64,000 bases of DNA from Lingula anatina (lineage: Eukaryota > Animalia > Brachiopoda), in NCBI GenBank assembly GCA_051362555.1, contig CM120649.1, forward strand, positions 5,518,001-5,582,000. The letters run 5' to 3'. Under the pieces are notes generated by a model. It saw only the letters and a program-made list of their open reading frames with translations. It was not told the origin of the DNA and did no database searches. A program made the position numbers and the translations under genes. Positions 1 through 12,329 of the stretch are shown one piece after another (the first letter of the stretch is position 1; every line of letters starts with the position of its first letter).

Positions 1-149
1 TTGGCTCTTTTACCGGGACCGATGTACGTGTCTCACCTGCCTTTTTGTGCCTGGTATTTGCTGACGGCGTCGACCAATAGTTTTCTGGCCTGGAAAACAT
101 GCGGGGACGTTGCTGTTGGCTCGGCTGCGGGAGAAGGAATCAACCGTGT

Positions 150-528
150 TCTCCACCACCTTGTAACCCCGGTTGGTTACTTAATTCTGAGCGGGTAGCA
201 AACTTGAAAACACCGAAGACATCAATGGTATCTCATGAAGATCTTTATTTGTTGACGGGCTACAATCTGGCACGCAGGCAGGGACAGTCACGACGATCTC
301 CCGGGGTCTCTCTCTCACTAACTGAGAAGCCCTCATTTTATAGGGAATCGTTCTAAGTCCTGCGTGCCCAATTACTATTACTAAATGTGTGTAATTTATA
401 GGAATAATAAAGGAACTAAAGGTAACATACGTGATTAATAGGAAGTATGAGAAAACTAAATACAGGGACTATATTACATTCCATAGTAGCCCTGAACACG
501 GATATGTTCTCCGGGTAGGAAGGTTACA
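150..528 (-). mobile_element. 5' LTR (162-528) and primer-binding site of a probable Gypsy-type LTR retrotransposon whose body extends beyond the left edge
   Basis: 367-bp segment with perfect inverted termini TGTAACC (162) and GGTTACA (528). On the minus strand it contains TATAAAA and AATAAA and is followed directly by TGGTGGAGAA, complementary to a tRNA 3' end (tRNA-Ala-like). Confidence 0.7.
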
Positions 529-1334
529 TAACGCTCGGACCTGGGAATGGCCTCAACTGAAATTTCCCCAGGTGTAGTGACTGTTTTTGGTGGAAGAGAT
601 CAAAAGAGCGAAATGACTATAATGAGGCCAAAGTATTTCTACAATTTTAGAGTCGGCACCGGGTTTCCATTTTCTGTCATCTGAAAGGGGTGTATCTTCA
701 ATTACTTAAATAAATTACTCTACTGAGATTTTTGTTTCTAATTTTGGTTTCTCTTCCGTGATTGAAAATGTGATTTAAAGGCAGAGACAAATTGTATAAC
801 ACTACCGTGTTATATAAGTGTCTAACACATAACGTAGATAACGTTATTTGGGGTGTAACAGAAGAACTGACCAACGCCCAATACATATGACTCTTACCAT
901 AAGATTGAAGGTACAGGGCTTACATGTGCATAAAAGGACAAGGAGATAAGTTACATAATCAGTCTATAAATTTTAAAAAGTGTAACTATCAAATCTCTCT
1001 CTCTCTCTCTTCACGGAAAGTCACTGCAACTTTTCGTTGCCTTTAACCTCAGCTCCTCCTTTTTTAATGTCCACGGACTTGCATCATTTTCCTTTTGGCA
1101 CTTGAGTGGTTTGATAGACCCCCAATTAACACGTGTAAAAGAGCAGATTATTTGCTAAATATATATTTGGCATCGGCGTCAAGAGCAAATTAACTAAAAC
1201 ATTTTTTCTAGTTTTCTCGAAATGAATTTTACACGTTTTGTATTGTGTTGTTCAAATAACCTAACGATTAGTCAGATACTTCAAAAAATACTTACGGTTT
1301 TTCTTCCTTGTTGTCATGTTCTTAAGAGCAGTGC

Positions 1335-1377
<43 letters not shown>

Positions 1378-1819
1378 AAAGTTTCTCACCTCATCAACAT
1401 ATGAAAACGCTTTTTATTTCTGCCTATGAACTTGGCAGACATTGCTCCGTCTTTTGTATGGAAAACTTGTTTGTCAAAGATCACTTTTGTGCCTTGAATT
1501 TGGTTTATTTCACCTTTTGTATCGTGTGAATACTTATTAAAATCACCCAACCATTGATCAGATACTTAAAAAAATGCTTAGGGTTTTTAACAATTTTTTC
1601 CTGGTTGTCGAAAACTTTCCCACCACATCAACATATGAAAGCGCGTGACAGTGTTTTTTCTTTGGAATCGGAAACCTGTTTGTCAAAGATCTCCCTCCAT
1701 GATGTCAGCTAAAATAAGAGGGTACGCCCAGCTCGAAGCAGACGGCGAACTCGATCGGTCGGAAAAAGTAAAGCCTTGAGTGCTGCTCTCTGATACAACA
1801 ATTTTGACATACTTTCAAG

Positions 1820-2577
1820 ATGCTGCCAACTGTCAGTGAAAAGTCTGCCGAGCCAGGAGTGACTGTCATCACAGACGGTGGGTCCTCTGGACGTGACGGC
1901 GCTGAGGTAAATGCGTCTACTTTGAAGATGTTTAGGCTAGGAATTTTTTCTCTAACTTGGGTCATTCCACAAACAAGTGAACAGTTGAGTCGCGTCAGTC
2001 ACTTTGCTTTTGTTGTGAATATTCAGCGTTTTTTCATTTTTTTTTTTTTCACACATATTTTAGTATGGAGTTTTCATGTTTTAGCAAAATTATCATGCTG
2101 GCAATGGTGAATGTAATTAGTAATTTTTGCAAGTATAGATAAACAATAAAATTAGATTGCCTTCGATAAAGTAATTTTTTATGATAATGGATACAAAGAC
2201 GAGGAAATTCTGACTCAATCCCATTGTCAGATTGCCATTTTTTGTCTGTCGCCCAGACTTTCAATGCAAAATATAAGTTGTTGCAATTATTTGCACCGTT
2301 TTCAAAATTTTCATAAAATTATATTTTTAAATAGTTGCATCAATTTCTTTTAAAAACAGTTGGCGATGAGATAAACAATAATATTCCAACTTTATTTTTG
2401 TTCCAATTTATCTTTTAATTTGTTATATTTCAGACCAAGGCCTCGTACAAGAAGTACATAATTGTTGCTGTTGCTCTCATTGTTGTTGTTGCTGTTGCTG
2501 TCGGTGGAACGTTGGGAGCAGTTCACATCTCTAACAAGGCAGCACAAGATGTGTGGAAGGTGGGTATACGGTATCAC

Positions 2578-2622
<45 letters not shown>

Positions 2623-3957
2623 TAATAATAACAATAGAATATTTGGGAATTATGCTAATTTACATTTATGACACAAACAGATCACTTTAGAAGAAGCTTA
2701 AATTTAGCACGCGAATGAAATATCTCACTTCCAATACGCATCGATCTGGTTTTAAAGGAAAGCGGTGGAATAATATGCAAAGAAATGTGAGCAATTAAAA
2801 CTAACGATCTCATCGCCATCATCATCTAATGTGATAATTATTATTTATTCAGGAGTACCATCTCCGTTTAACCGACAAACAAGGGAAGAAAGTTGACGAA
2901 AAGGTTCAGGTTGATCTGAAGGACAACATCACCGTGTACAACGTGAACAACGAGATGTTCCACGTTGCCATGGACAACTCGAGGGTGGGTAGAGGGGGTT
3001 TTAACGTTATTGTGGAAATTGCTAATCAAAGGCGGAATATTTTACTTATACTACCTTTTACTACCTTTCAATTTTTATGTGTTTTGAATGCCAATAAAGT
3101 TAGTTTGTCGGCTAAAATATTCTGTGGGAATATCCCATTCCTTTCAGGGTCTGGTAGTATACAAGATGGAAATGAATGACAAGTTTGCTTGTTACTTGAC
3201 TCCAATGAACAAATCTGAAGAGACTGACAGCAAGGACGTGGCCAACGCTTTGGAACAACCGGTGCGATTTACTTCATATTAATTTGGACTTTGAATCTGT
3301 GTTTACATCTTCACATACACATTATTTTAATTGTGTTTAAATATATAAAGTGGCATTTAAACATGTACAGGATATGAATAAAACCGTAATCTAACCTATA
3401 CCATCATGCTTTTAGAACACCGTCGAAAATACGACATCAGATGAAGATAATGAACAAAAACAATTCGTCGCCAACACCTCCCCGATCAAGGACAAGTCCT
3501 TCCTAAGTTCCAGGATGAAGGAATTCTGCAGGAATCTGGAGGCATACTGGCTTACTCAGAAGGACGGCAACACTGTAGCCAGCACCCAAACCGCGGCAGG
3601 TACGCAAAATATAAATCTCTGAAATGTTAATCATTTCCTGATTCAATACGTACAACTATGACCATGCAGTAAATTTACTTTTTACTTTCTACGTACATGT
3701 AGAATCTACAAGACATTAGGAACATTAACATTACCCATCGTTTCGATTATATTATATTATATTATATTATATTATATTATATTTTATTATATTATATTAT
3801 AGGAGGTAAACGCCAAAAGCGAGCTTGCTACCGAATACGTTCCATATGCCCGTATAGAATAAGCACATGCATTAGGACCAGGATCGGTTTTCAGTGGAAT
3901 TGCGGTACTACGTGTATATACAGACCCTGTTGGAGGTACATATGCTCTGGTAAATAA
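1820..3957 (+). CDS. BRICHOS-domain peptide precursor, copy 1 (265 aa); exons 1820-1906, 2434-2559, 2853-2984, 3148-3261, 3416-3599, 3803-3957; predicted mature peptide ACYRIRSICPYRISTCIRTRIGFQWNCGTTCIYRPCWRYICS(GK)
   Basis: All five introns are GT-AG (phases 0,0,0,0,1) and the spliced ORF is open. TM segment YIIVAVALIVVVAVAVGGTLGAV. BRICHOS hallmarks: AMDNSRGLVVYK (conserved Asp), ACYLTPM (Cys1), PIKDKSFLSSRMKEFCRNLEAYWL (Cys2). Furin site RQKR. Exon structure is conserved in 4 other complete copies. Confidence 0.9.
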
Positions 3958-4977
3958 ACGCTGCTGCTAAATATATGTTTAACACAAAGATTTTTGCAAA
4001 GCGTGATTAGTCAACTTTAGTCAACTTCCCGCGGCCATGTCTATCCAAGAATATTTCAGAAATCTAAATGAAACAGGGTTTATCCACTGTTACATGAGTA
4101 TTTATGATATAGGAGCCACATGGTACCAGTACAGAGTGAGGTTTCAGAAAAAATCCCCTCCAAAATTCTCAATCAGCCACTCCCAGTTTTTTTTTTCAAT
4201 AATACCCATGTATGCATTTTTTGTGTGTGTAAACTGTCATAACAACAACAGTGAAATCATTATCCCAGCTAATGATAAGTTATGCATCATTTAGTTATTG
4301 TTCTATTAGCAATGGCTCTATTACTATTTGTTTGTAATCAAATAGATTAAGCAATGTCTGACTTTTTTGGTGACTTTTTTTTTTTGCATCGTTTTACGTA
4401 ATCAAAAAACAAAGATGCCAAAAATAAGGCGTAAAAGGTTTTTCATGGTCTCTGACGGATAAATAGTAAATCATATTTAGGATATGAGGGCCACATGGTT
4501 CTAGTACAGAATGGTGTTTAAGAAAATCCCTTCCACAGTTCTTAATCAGGGCCCCTGTTTTGTTATTAATAAATTCCATTTGTGCATTTTTGTATGTTAA
4601 CTCTAATGTCGGCAACATTAAAATTGTTTTCATAGGTTATTGTTAGTTATACACCTTTTATTTGTGCTTCCTTTGCCTTGTTATTAGCTTTGAATTCGAA
4701 AGATGAATAAAAGACACTACCTGACCTTTTGCTAAGTTGTCATTGTTTTTTTAATGGCTTTTATTTATTTATAAAAAACATATATATCAATCAATGATGT
4801 TAGAATTCGGTGAAATAGGCTGTTCACAGTTTTTCTCGAAATGGTAGTTAAAAAATCACGATTTCAAAAGAGATAAAATGTGTTTTCGACGTATGAGGTG
4901 TTACTTTCAACCCTTCATCACAGCGGCTTGTTCACATGACTGCTTGGCTCTTTGGCAGTCTTTTTATTTTTTTATTT

Positions 4978-5020
<43 letters not shown>

Positions 5021-7270
5021 TTTTTTTGCGTGTTAAATTGAACCACAAACATCTTACTTCAGTTTTCGTGGAAGGCATTTTCTCCTCCTTTTTGAAGATT
5101 TGATAGAGATTTAAATTACCTAAGGAGTGGCACTTTATTGATGAGATACATTTATTAAATGTCTTTTTTATTCATTTCTGGTCGTTTTTTTCCTAGTCCC
5201 TGTAATAACTACACAATATGTGAATATCAGCAAGTTTCTTGACTTATGGGGTATTCCTGCTGGACGAGTTGAAAGCAGCAGGGTGTCCGAAACAGCACAA
5301 GATTTATGAAAAGATTTATGAAAATTATGCAAGGGCCTTAGGTTTTGGTTTCAAATTCCCCTATGGATAACGCCATGTTATGGCTTTTCCGAATTGACCA
5401 ACTTTTAAGAATATTTACTTTTAGGCAGTTTCTCTTTTAAAGTCACTTAAGGGAAGCTAGTCCAAGGCAGGCAAAAATGACCAATTCCAAAATATGATGT
5501 CATGACATTGTTAACAAAATGTATTCTTTCTCGTTGTTATGAGTCAGTTTCTTTGAGTATATAATAAACAAATGACTATCAAGGTGTTTATCCTTTGGCT
5601 CTTTACAAAAATCGATACTGCTTATCTGGTTAAATCTGAATTTAATCTATGTAGTATAGGTCAAAATATAGAAAAAAACGGGCTAACGGCCTTAGCCACA
5701 AGAAACAAGTTAAATTGCCATTGACACAATACAGCAAAAAAAAAAAAAGGTATCCGACAATTGATTTTTTGACTATTTTCCCCTATACACTTAGGGTTAT
5801 AACCCTTTGTACTCCAAGTTCAAAGACAACTATTTGCACAAAAGCGAAACGTTAATTACATATACGGAAGCTTACATGTTAGTGATTAGGTATTTCGTTA
5901 ATTTTAATTAACGGCCTTTACTTACCGTGGTGAATATATCTAACAAGATTCCATCCACAAAAGATAACGGACTAGATAGTATCTTATGGGTGTCAGAGGT
6001 CATTTACAATACACTTTCACAAAAGATAATGGAATAGTGAACGGACTAGATACTTTATTATGCTTTGACACATACCCATTGATATACATCATCTCCATGG
6101 CTTTCACAATGGTTGTAGTGCCCAATATCTTGACAAACGCCTCGTCTCTTGAGACTTTTATTGAATCACCACAATATATACATTCTGTAATAATAACAAT
6201 GAAAATAATGTTAACTATAACTACACAAATAAAGTTTGAAAAAGACATGTTCTTATCTTGTTTCTTATGAGATACTTAAACATCTATGCTTTATTTTCTT
6301 TATATGACCTACATGTACTTATATAATGATTGAATATCACTCTTATTAATTCAATTTTCATAAGTGCATTACAAAACTTTAAAGAACAAAATTAACTCAA
6401 GAAATAAGCAATAATATACATTAGCTAGCTAATTACTAGACTTGTATAACCTCTTGAACTTGTAACAGTTTAAATGAACTTGTAGCCTCTTACAGTACAC
6501 AAACTTGTGAAACATGACACAAATAACCTTGACTGCTGACATGAAATTTTGTCTTTTTCCTACTTTCTTTGAGCATGTACATGTGAGGTGTCGTGATTCT
6601 GTTCTCCGTGATTCTGTACGTGTCGCTTCGTTCGTCCTCTTTGAAAACCCTTTAAACTTGTTCCTTGCCTTAAATAACACGTTCAACATGTGCATCGTAA
6701 GCCATATTTTGCGATCTTGACCTTGTTTCGTCCGCGAGATTGTTTATGCAGGGCGCAACAATCTATATTAAGATTTAACAATGACAAATTAACAATTTGA
6801 ACGTTATGAAGTAGAGCAAAACGTGATGAGTAATATGTATTAGGCGGTTATGTGAAGGGTACAGTGTATCCTGAAGTTATCATGTTTTATCATGTTAAAA
6901 TGTGCATTAATCTTTTTTAGCGCTGAGGTGTCCAATTGCAATTCAAATTCTGTATAACAAACTTTTTTATATCTAAAGCACTGGGGGGACCCGCTGCCCA
7001 GACTGGTCCTTTCATAAACCATAACAAACAACCAAGGACTAGGATAAAGGCAGGGGAGGGTTGATAGTAACAATAATGAAACACGTGTAACCCTCCAATA
7101 CATAAAGAATCTGTCTGACAAATTAAAGAAAAAAGTTACAGTTCATAAACCATTCTCTACCCTTAGAAACCAATTAGTCAATGCGAAGGTCATAATAACT
7201 AAAAAAAAAGTTTTCAAACGTAGTAAACGATGTAAGGTGTAAAGAAAGAGAATGCAAAGACACACACACA

Positions 7271-7340
<70 letters not shown>

Positions 7341-8728
7341 CGAAAAACTATTAATAATGATAATACAACAGATACTCTAAATAAAAGAACTGATATAATT
7401 ACCATATGTCGGCATAAGGTGACGTAACTAACATGGAGTGCAACGTACACGCCGTGTACATAAACGGCTAATATAAAAAACAATTTTCAAATAAACCTCC
7501 TGACGATCGGGCATACCTTCTGGGTGTGCCCGTGAAACTCGGAGTCGGGGTTATTACATTGTCTCGTTTTTTTAAATTTATTTATTAATTTCAAATATAT
7601 ATATATATATATATATGCACCTGCGTTTTTGCGTGTGTTTGTGTGCGTGTGCGATATAAGCCACACGCTTCCTTTTCTTGGTTGAAGTAAAGAGTGACAA
7701 CTGAACATTTTGCCCCGACTTTTATTTACCCCAGTGACATCTGTAACACCAACCATAATAATATCTGTAATAGCAAAACGGGGCCATCATACATATAATA
7801 CAGGAGATAATAACAATAAGAATAATAAAATGATGATGATGATTTTATTAACGTTTCATGTTTAAAAATTAAACCCACCCCACTATAAGGGTTGCAAGAG
7901 ACTCAAACCTGTGAAAGTACAATTAAAATGTTTCTCGCTCTCTTCTTCATTTTAAGTACAATGTATGCATAATCACTCATTCAGTGATGTATAATAATAA
8001 CGCCCGTTTTCCACTCTGAGGGATGCGCTTCCACAATGGAGACGACAGAAAACCTATATCACCGATTTCTCCATAAACTTTGGTACTACCTTAGCAAAAA
8101 GGAAGTGCTTTCTTAAGTCTTTTATTTACTTTTTAAAAATAAAGCAAACGACAAGAGAAAAGCGTCAATTAAATATGCATCACTTGTAATGATCTAGGAT
8201 AATGAGATAATGATTTCACTGTTGTCGTGATAACAGTTAACATACAAAAATGCTCACGTGAGCCTTATTAAAAACAAAACAGGGAAGCTGATTAAGAACT
8301 TCGGAAGAAATTTTCTAAAAAAAAAAACATTCTGTATTTGTACCATGTGGTCCTATTATACTTTATATGATTTACCATTTAAACATAATTTCAGAGAGAA
8401 TGAAAAGTCTTTTTTTTTCCGCCCATTTCAACATCATTAACATACATAAAAAATTCCATAAAATACTACACCTTACCAAATGTCAATACCTGTCCGTCCA
8501 ACTCCTTTACTCATATTTCGAATATAAAGAAAAACAATAATTAGAATCCTTACTGAACGATGCATAACTTACAGCAATCTAGGATAAGTAATCTGCACTG
8601 TTGTTATGGTTCTGATATATTCTTGAATACACACGTGGATTTTTTTAAAGTCACTTGATTATTTAATAACACTGCGCACTAATTCTTGTGATAAACGAAC
8701 ATATCACAACGAAGCTTATTAACCCCAG

Positions 8729-10228
8729 CTAGTAGCATCTCTTACAGTAACCACGAGTGACTCTATAAAAACAAACAATACGAGAACCGATCCTATAGCA
8801 AATGCGTTGAATCCTTATGCAAGGGTACCAAACGCAAGCTCGCTTTTGGCGAATACCTCCTGAAATAAAATAAAATGGAATAGAATTTAATGTCCTTTAC
8901 ATTCTATATACAGAGTTATAAGTGTATTTACCTACATCTTTACTGTTGTAGGTATTGAATCGCGTTATGGTAAACATTACAGAGACTTATACTGTGCGTA
9001 CCTGCCGGGGTTTGGGTGCTGGCGCCATCTACAGTGTTGCCGTCCTTCTGAGTGAGCCAGTATGCCTCCAGATCTCTGCAGAATTCCTGCATTCTGGGAC
9101 TTAGGAAGGACTTGTCCTTGATCGGGGAGGTGTTGGCAACGAATTGTTTTTGTTCATTATCGTCATCTGATGTCGTATTTTCGACGGTGTTCTAAAAAGC
9201 ATGATGGTATAGGTTAGGCTTAGGTTTAAATCTTATCTTGCACATGTTTAAATGCCACTTTATATATTTAAACACAATCAAAAGTAAAGTGTATGTAAAG
9301 ATGTAAACACAGATTCAAAGTTCGAATTAATATGAAGTAAATCGTACCGGTTGTTCTAAAGCGTTGGCCACGTCCTTGCTGTCAGTCTCTTCAGATTTTT
9401 TCATTGGAGTCAAGTAACAAGCAAACTTGTTATTCATTTCCATCTTGTATACTACCAGACCCTAAAAGGAAACAATCGGAGTTATTCACTTTTGTTTAAA
9501 ATAATGGGATATTCTCAAAGAATATTTGGATTTTATTATAATTATAATTATTATTTATTTTATTTTATTTTATTTTATTTTATTTATTTATTTTTTTTTT
9601 TTTTTGCTGAAAAAATTGATAAAAAGAGGTATTGATGGAATATAAACATATCCAAGAAAATTAATTCTCTGACATATGAAACACATCAAAATTCAAAGGT
9701 AGTGACACATAAATGTAAACATGTTACCGCATTGAATCCAGTAAATTCTACAGATCTTAGCTTCTAGGTACTTAACATTGTTTGCATTCTGACAAAGTAT
9801 AAGCAAAATAATCCTCCTTTGATAAACAATTTTCACAATAAAGTTAGATCGCCTCTACTTACCCTCGAGTTGTCCATGGCTACGTGGAACTTCTCGTTGT
9901 TCACGTTGTACACGGTGATGTTGTCCTTCAGATCAACCTGAACCTTTTCGTCAACTTTCTTCCCTTGCTTGTCGGTTAAACGGAGATTGTACTCCTGAAG
10001 AAATAATAATAATTACATAAGGTGATGATGGTGATAAGATCGTTAGTTTTGATTGCTCACTGCTTTGCATATAATTCCACCAATTTCCTTTAAAACCAGA
10101 TAGATACGTTTTGCAATTGAGATATTTTATGCGCGTTCGAGGGTTTTTAATAAATTTAAGCTTTTACTAAAGTGATCTGTATGTGTCATAAATTATAATA
10201 AGCAGAATTCCCAAATATTCTGTTATTA

Positions 10229-10260
<32 letters not shown>

Positions 10261-11240
10261 TGTAGTGATACAGTATACCTACCTTCAACAATCCTGACAA
10301 TTAGCAAAAAATATTTTTAATGATAATAATAATAATAATCACCCTCTTTTTAGTGATACAGTATACCTACCTTCCACACGTCTTGTGCTGTCTTGTTAGA
10401 GATGTGAACTGCTCCCAAAGTTCCACCGACAGCAACAGCAACAACAACAATGACAGCAACAGCAACAATGATGTACTTCTTGTACGACGCCTTGGTCTGA
10501 AATATAACAAATCAAAAGATGAATTGGAACAAAAGAAAACTAGGAATATGACTGTTTATCTCATCGCCAACTGTGTTGTAAAGCGTTTGAAAGAAATTGA
10601 TGCAACTATCGGTATATAAAAATATAATTTTATGAAAAATTTGAAAAACGGTGCAACTACTTATACCTTGCATTGAAAGTCTGGGCGATTCACAAAAACT
10701 GATCATTTGACAATGGGATTCTGTCAGAATTTCTTCATGTTTATATTCATTATCATAAAAAAATTACATTATCGAAGGCGGTCTAATTTTATTGTTTATC
10801 TATACTTTCGAAAATGTTTTTTAAAACCATAAGTGCTTACATTGTGATAGCATATGTAAATGCAGACCTCTCATTTGTATGTCGGTTGTGAAAACACAAG
10901 ACGTAAAATAGCGTTTTTTAATGTTACAGTCGTCTTTTTTCACTAATTGCATTCACCGCCAGCATGATAATTTTGCTAAAACATAAAAATTCCATACTAA
11001 AATATGTGTGAAAGAAAGAAAATGAAAAACGATTAATATTCACAACAAAAGCAAATTGACTGATGCGACTCAAATGTTCACTTTTTTGTGGAATGACCCT
11101 AGTTAGAGTAAAAAGTTCCTGGCCTAAACATCTTCAAAAGTGGAAACACTTACCTCGGCGCTGTCACGTCCTGAGGACCCACCGTCTGTGATGACTGTCA
11201 CGCCTGGCTCGGCAGACTTTTCACTTACAGTTGGCAGCAT
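8729..11240 (-). CDS. BRICHOS-domain peptide precursor, copy 2; exons 11240-11154, 10496-10371, 9994-9863, 9461-9348, 9191-9002, 8859-8729; mature peptide ACVWYPCIRIQRICYRIGSRIVCFYRVTRGYCKRCY
   Basis: Same exon boundaries and phases as copy 1 (87/126/132/114/190 nt), GT-AG introns, intact frame, RQKR site, six Cys in the peptide, TAG stop at 8729-8731. Confidence 0.9.
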
Positions 11241-11343
11241 CTTGAAAGAATATCAAAATTCTTCTAGCAAAGAGCAGCACTCAAGGCTTTACTTTTTCCG
11301 ACCGATCGAATTCGCCGTCTGCTGCGAGCTGGGCGCACCCTCC

Positions 11344-11351
11344 TTTTTATA
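11344..11351 (-). promoter_or_regulatory. Probable TATA box of copy 2
   Basis: TATAAAAA on the minus strand ~104 bp upstream of the ATG, inside a block conserved in all paralog promoters. Confidence 0.55.
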
Positions 11352-12056
11352 GCTGGACCACGGAGGGAGACCCGTGACAAACAGGTTTTCGATACAATGT
11401 TGTTTTTGAACAATGCCTTCCAAGTTTTTTTAAGCAGAAATAAAACGCGCTTTCATATGTTGATGTGGTGGGAAAGTTTTCGACAACCAGGATAAAAAAT
11501 GGAAAAACCCTAAGCATTTTTTAAGGATCTGATCAATGGTTGGGTGATTTTAACAAACATTCACAAGATACAAAAGGTGAAATAAATCAAATGCAACGCA
11601 CGAAAAGTGATCTTTGACAAACAAGATTTCCATACAAAAGATGGAACAATGTCTGCCAAGTTCATAGGCAGAAATAAAAAGCGTTTCCATAAATTGATGA
11701 GGTGGGAGTGTTTCCAAAAAATGTGCTGACAACGAGGAAGAAATGCTAAAAACCATAATTATTTTTTAAGTATCTGATCAACCGTTAGGTAATTTGAACA
11801 GCACGACAAAAAAGGTGTAAAATCCTTCCAAGAAAACCAGAAAAAATGTATTTGTTATTTTGCTCAAGGCGCTAATGCCAAATATATATTTAGGCAAATA
11901 ATCTGCTCTTTTACGCGTGTTAATTGGGGGGGGGGGGGTGTCTATCAAACCACTCACGTGCCAATAGGAAAATGATGCAAGTCCGTGGATATAAAGAAAA
12001 TATCAAAAGAGGTGCCATGCTGAAGTTAAAGGCCTCCCATAGTTGCAGTGACTCTC

Positions 12057-12105
<49 letters not shown>

Positions 12106-12329
12106 TTGATAGTTCCACTTTTCCAATTAAATTTTATCGATTGATTGATTGTAATTGAGCTCTGTCCTTTAATGCACATGTAAGCCCTGTACTTCCCCAA
12201 CTTATGGAGAGAGTCTTAAGTATTGAGCATTGGTCAGTTCATTTCTTACACCCTTCTAGCATTTTATTTATTTACTACATTTCAGCTTTAAACACAATTG
12301 TGCCAATAAAACTGTATTTGAAAATTTTA

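Noticed and set aside
1705-1965. Recurrent antisense ORFs (also 11140, 20368, 33156) and Asn-rich ORFs (2392, 10320, 32336, 47818)
   Set aside because: They are shadows of exons 1 and 2 on the opposite strand or in another frame. They recur only because the genes are duplicated.
2462-2671. Apparent signal-peptide ORF MLLLLSLLLLLLLSVERW
   Set aside because: Wrong frame of exon 2. The splice-consistent frame gives the Val/Ala TM helix.
1820-3957. Assigning a gene symbol (ITM2B, BRICD5, arenicin or alvinellacin)
   Set aside because: The architecture is shared, but the peptides differ in length and Cys pattern and orthology cannot be shown without a phylogeny.
7214-7483. Low-complexity ORFs with CVCV, IYIY, SLSL or ERER runs (also 11920, 27935)
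   Set aside because: Dinucleotide microsatellite artefacts.
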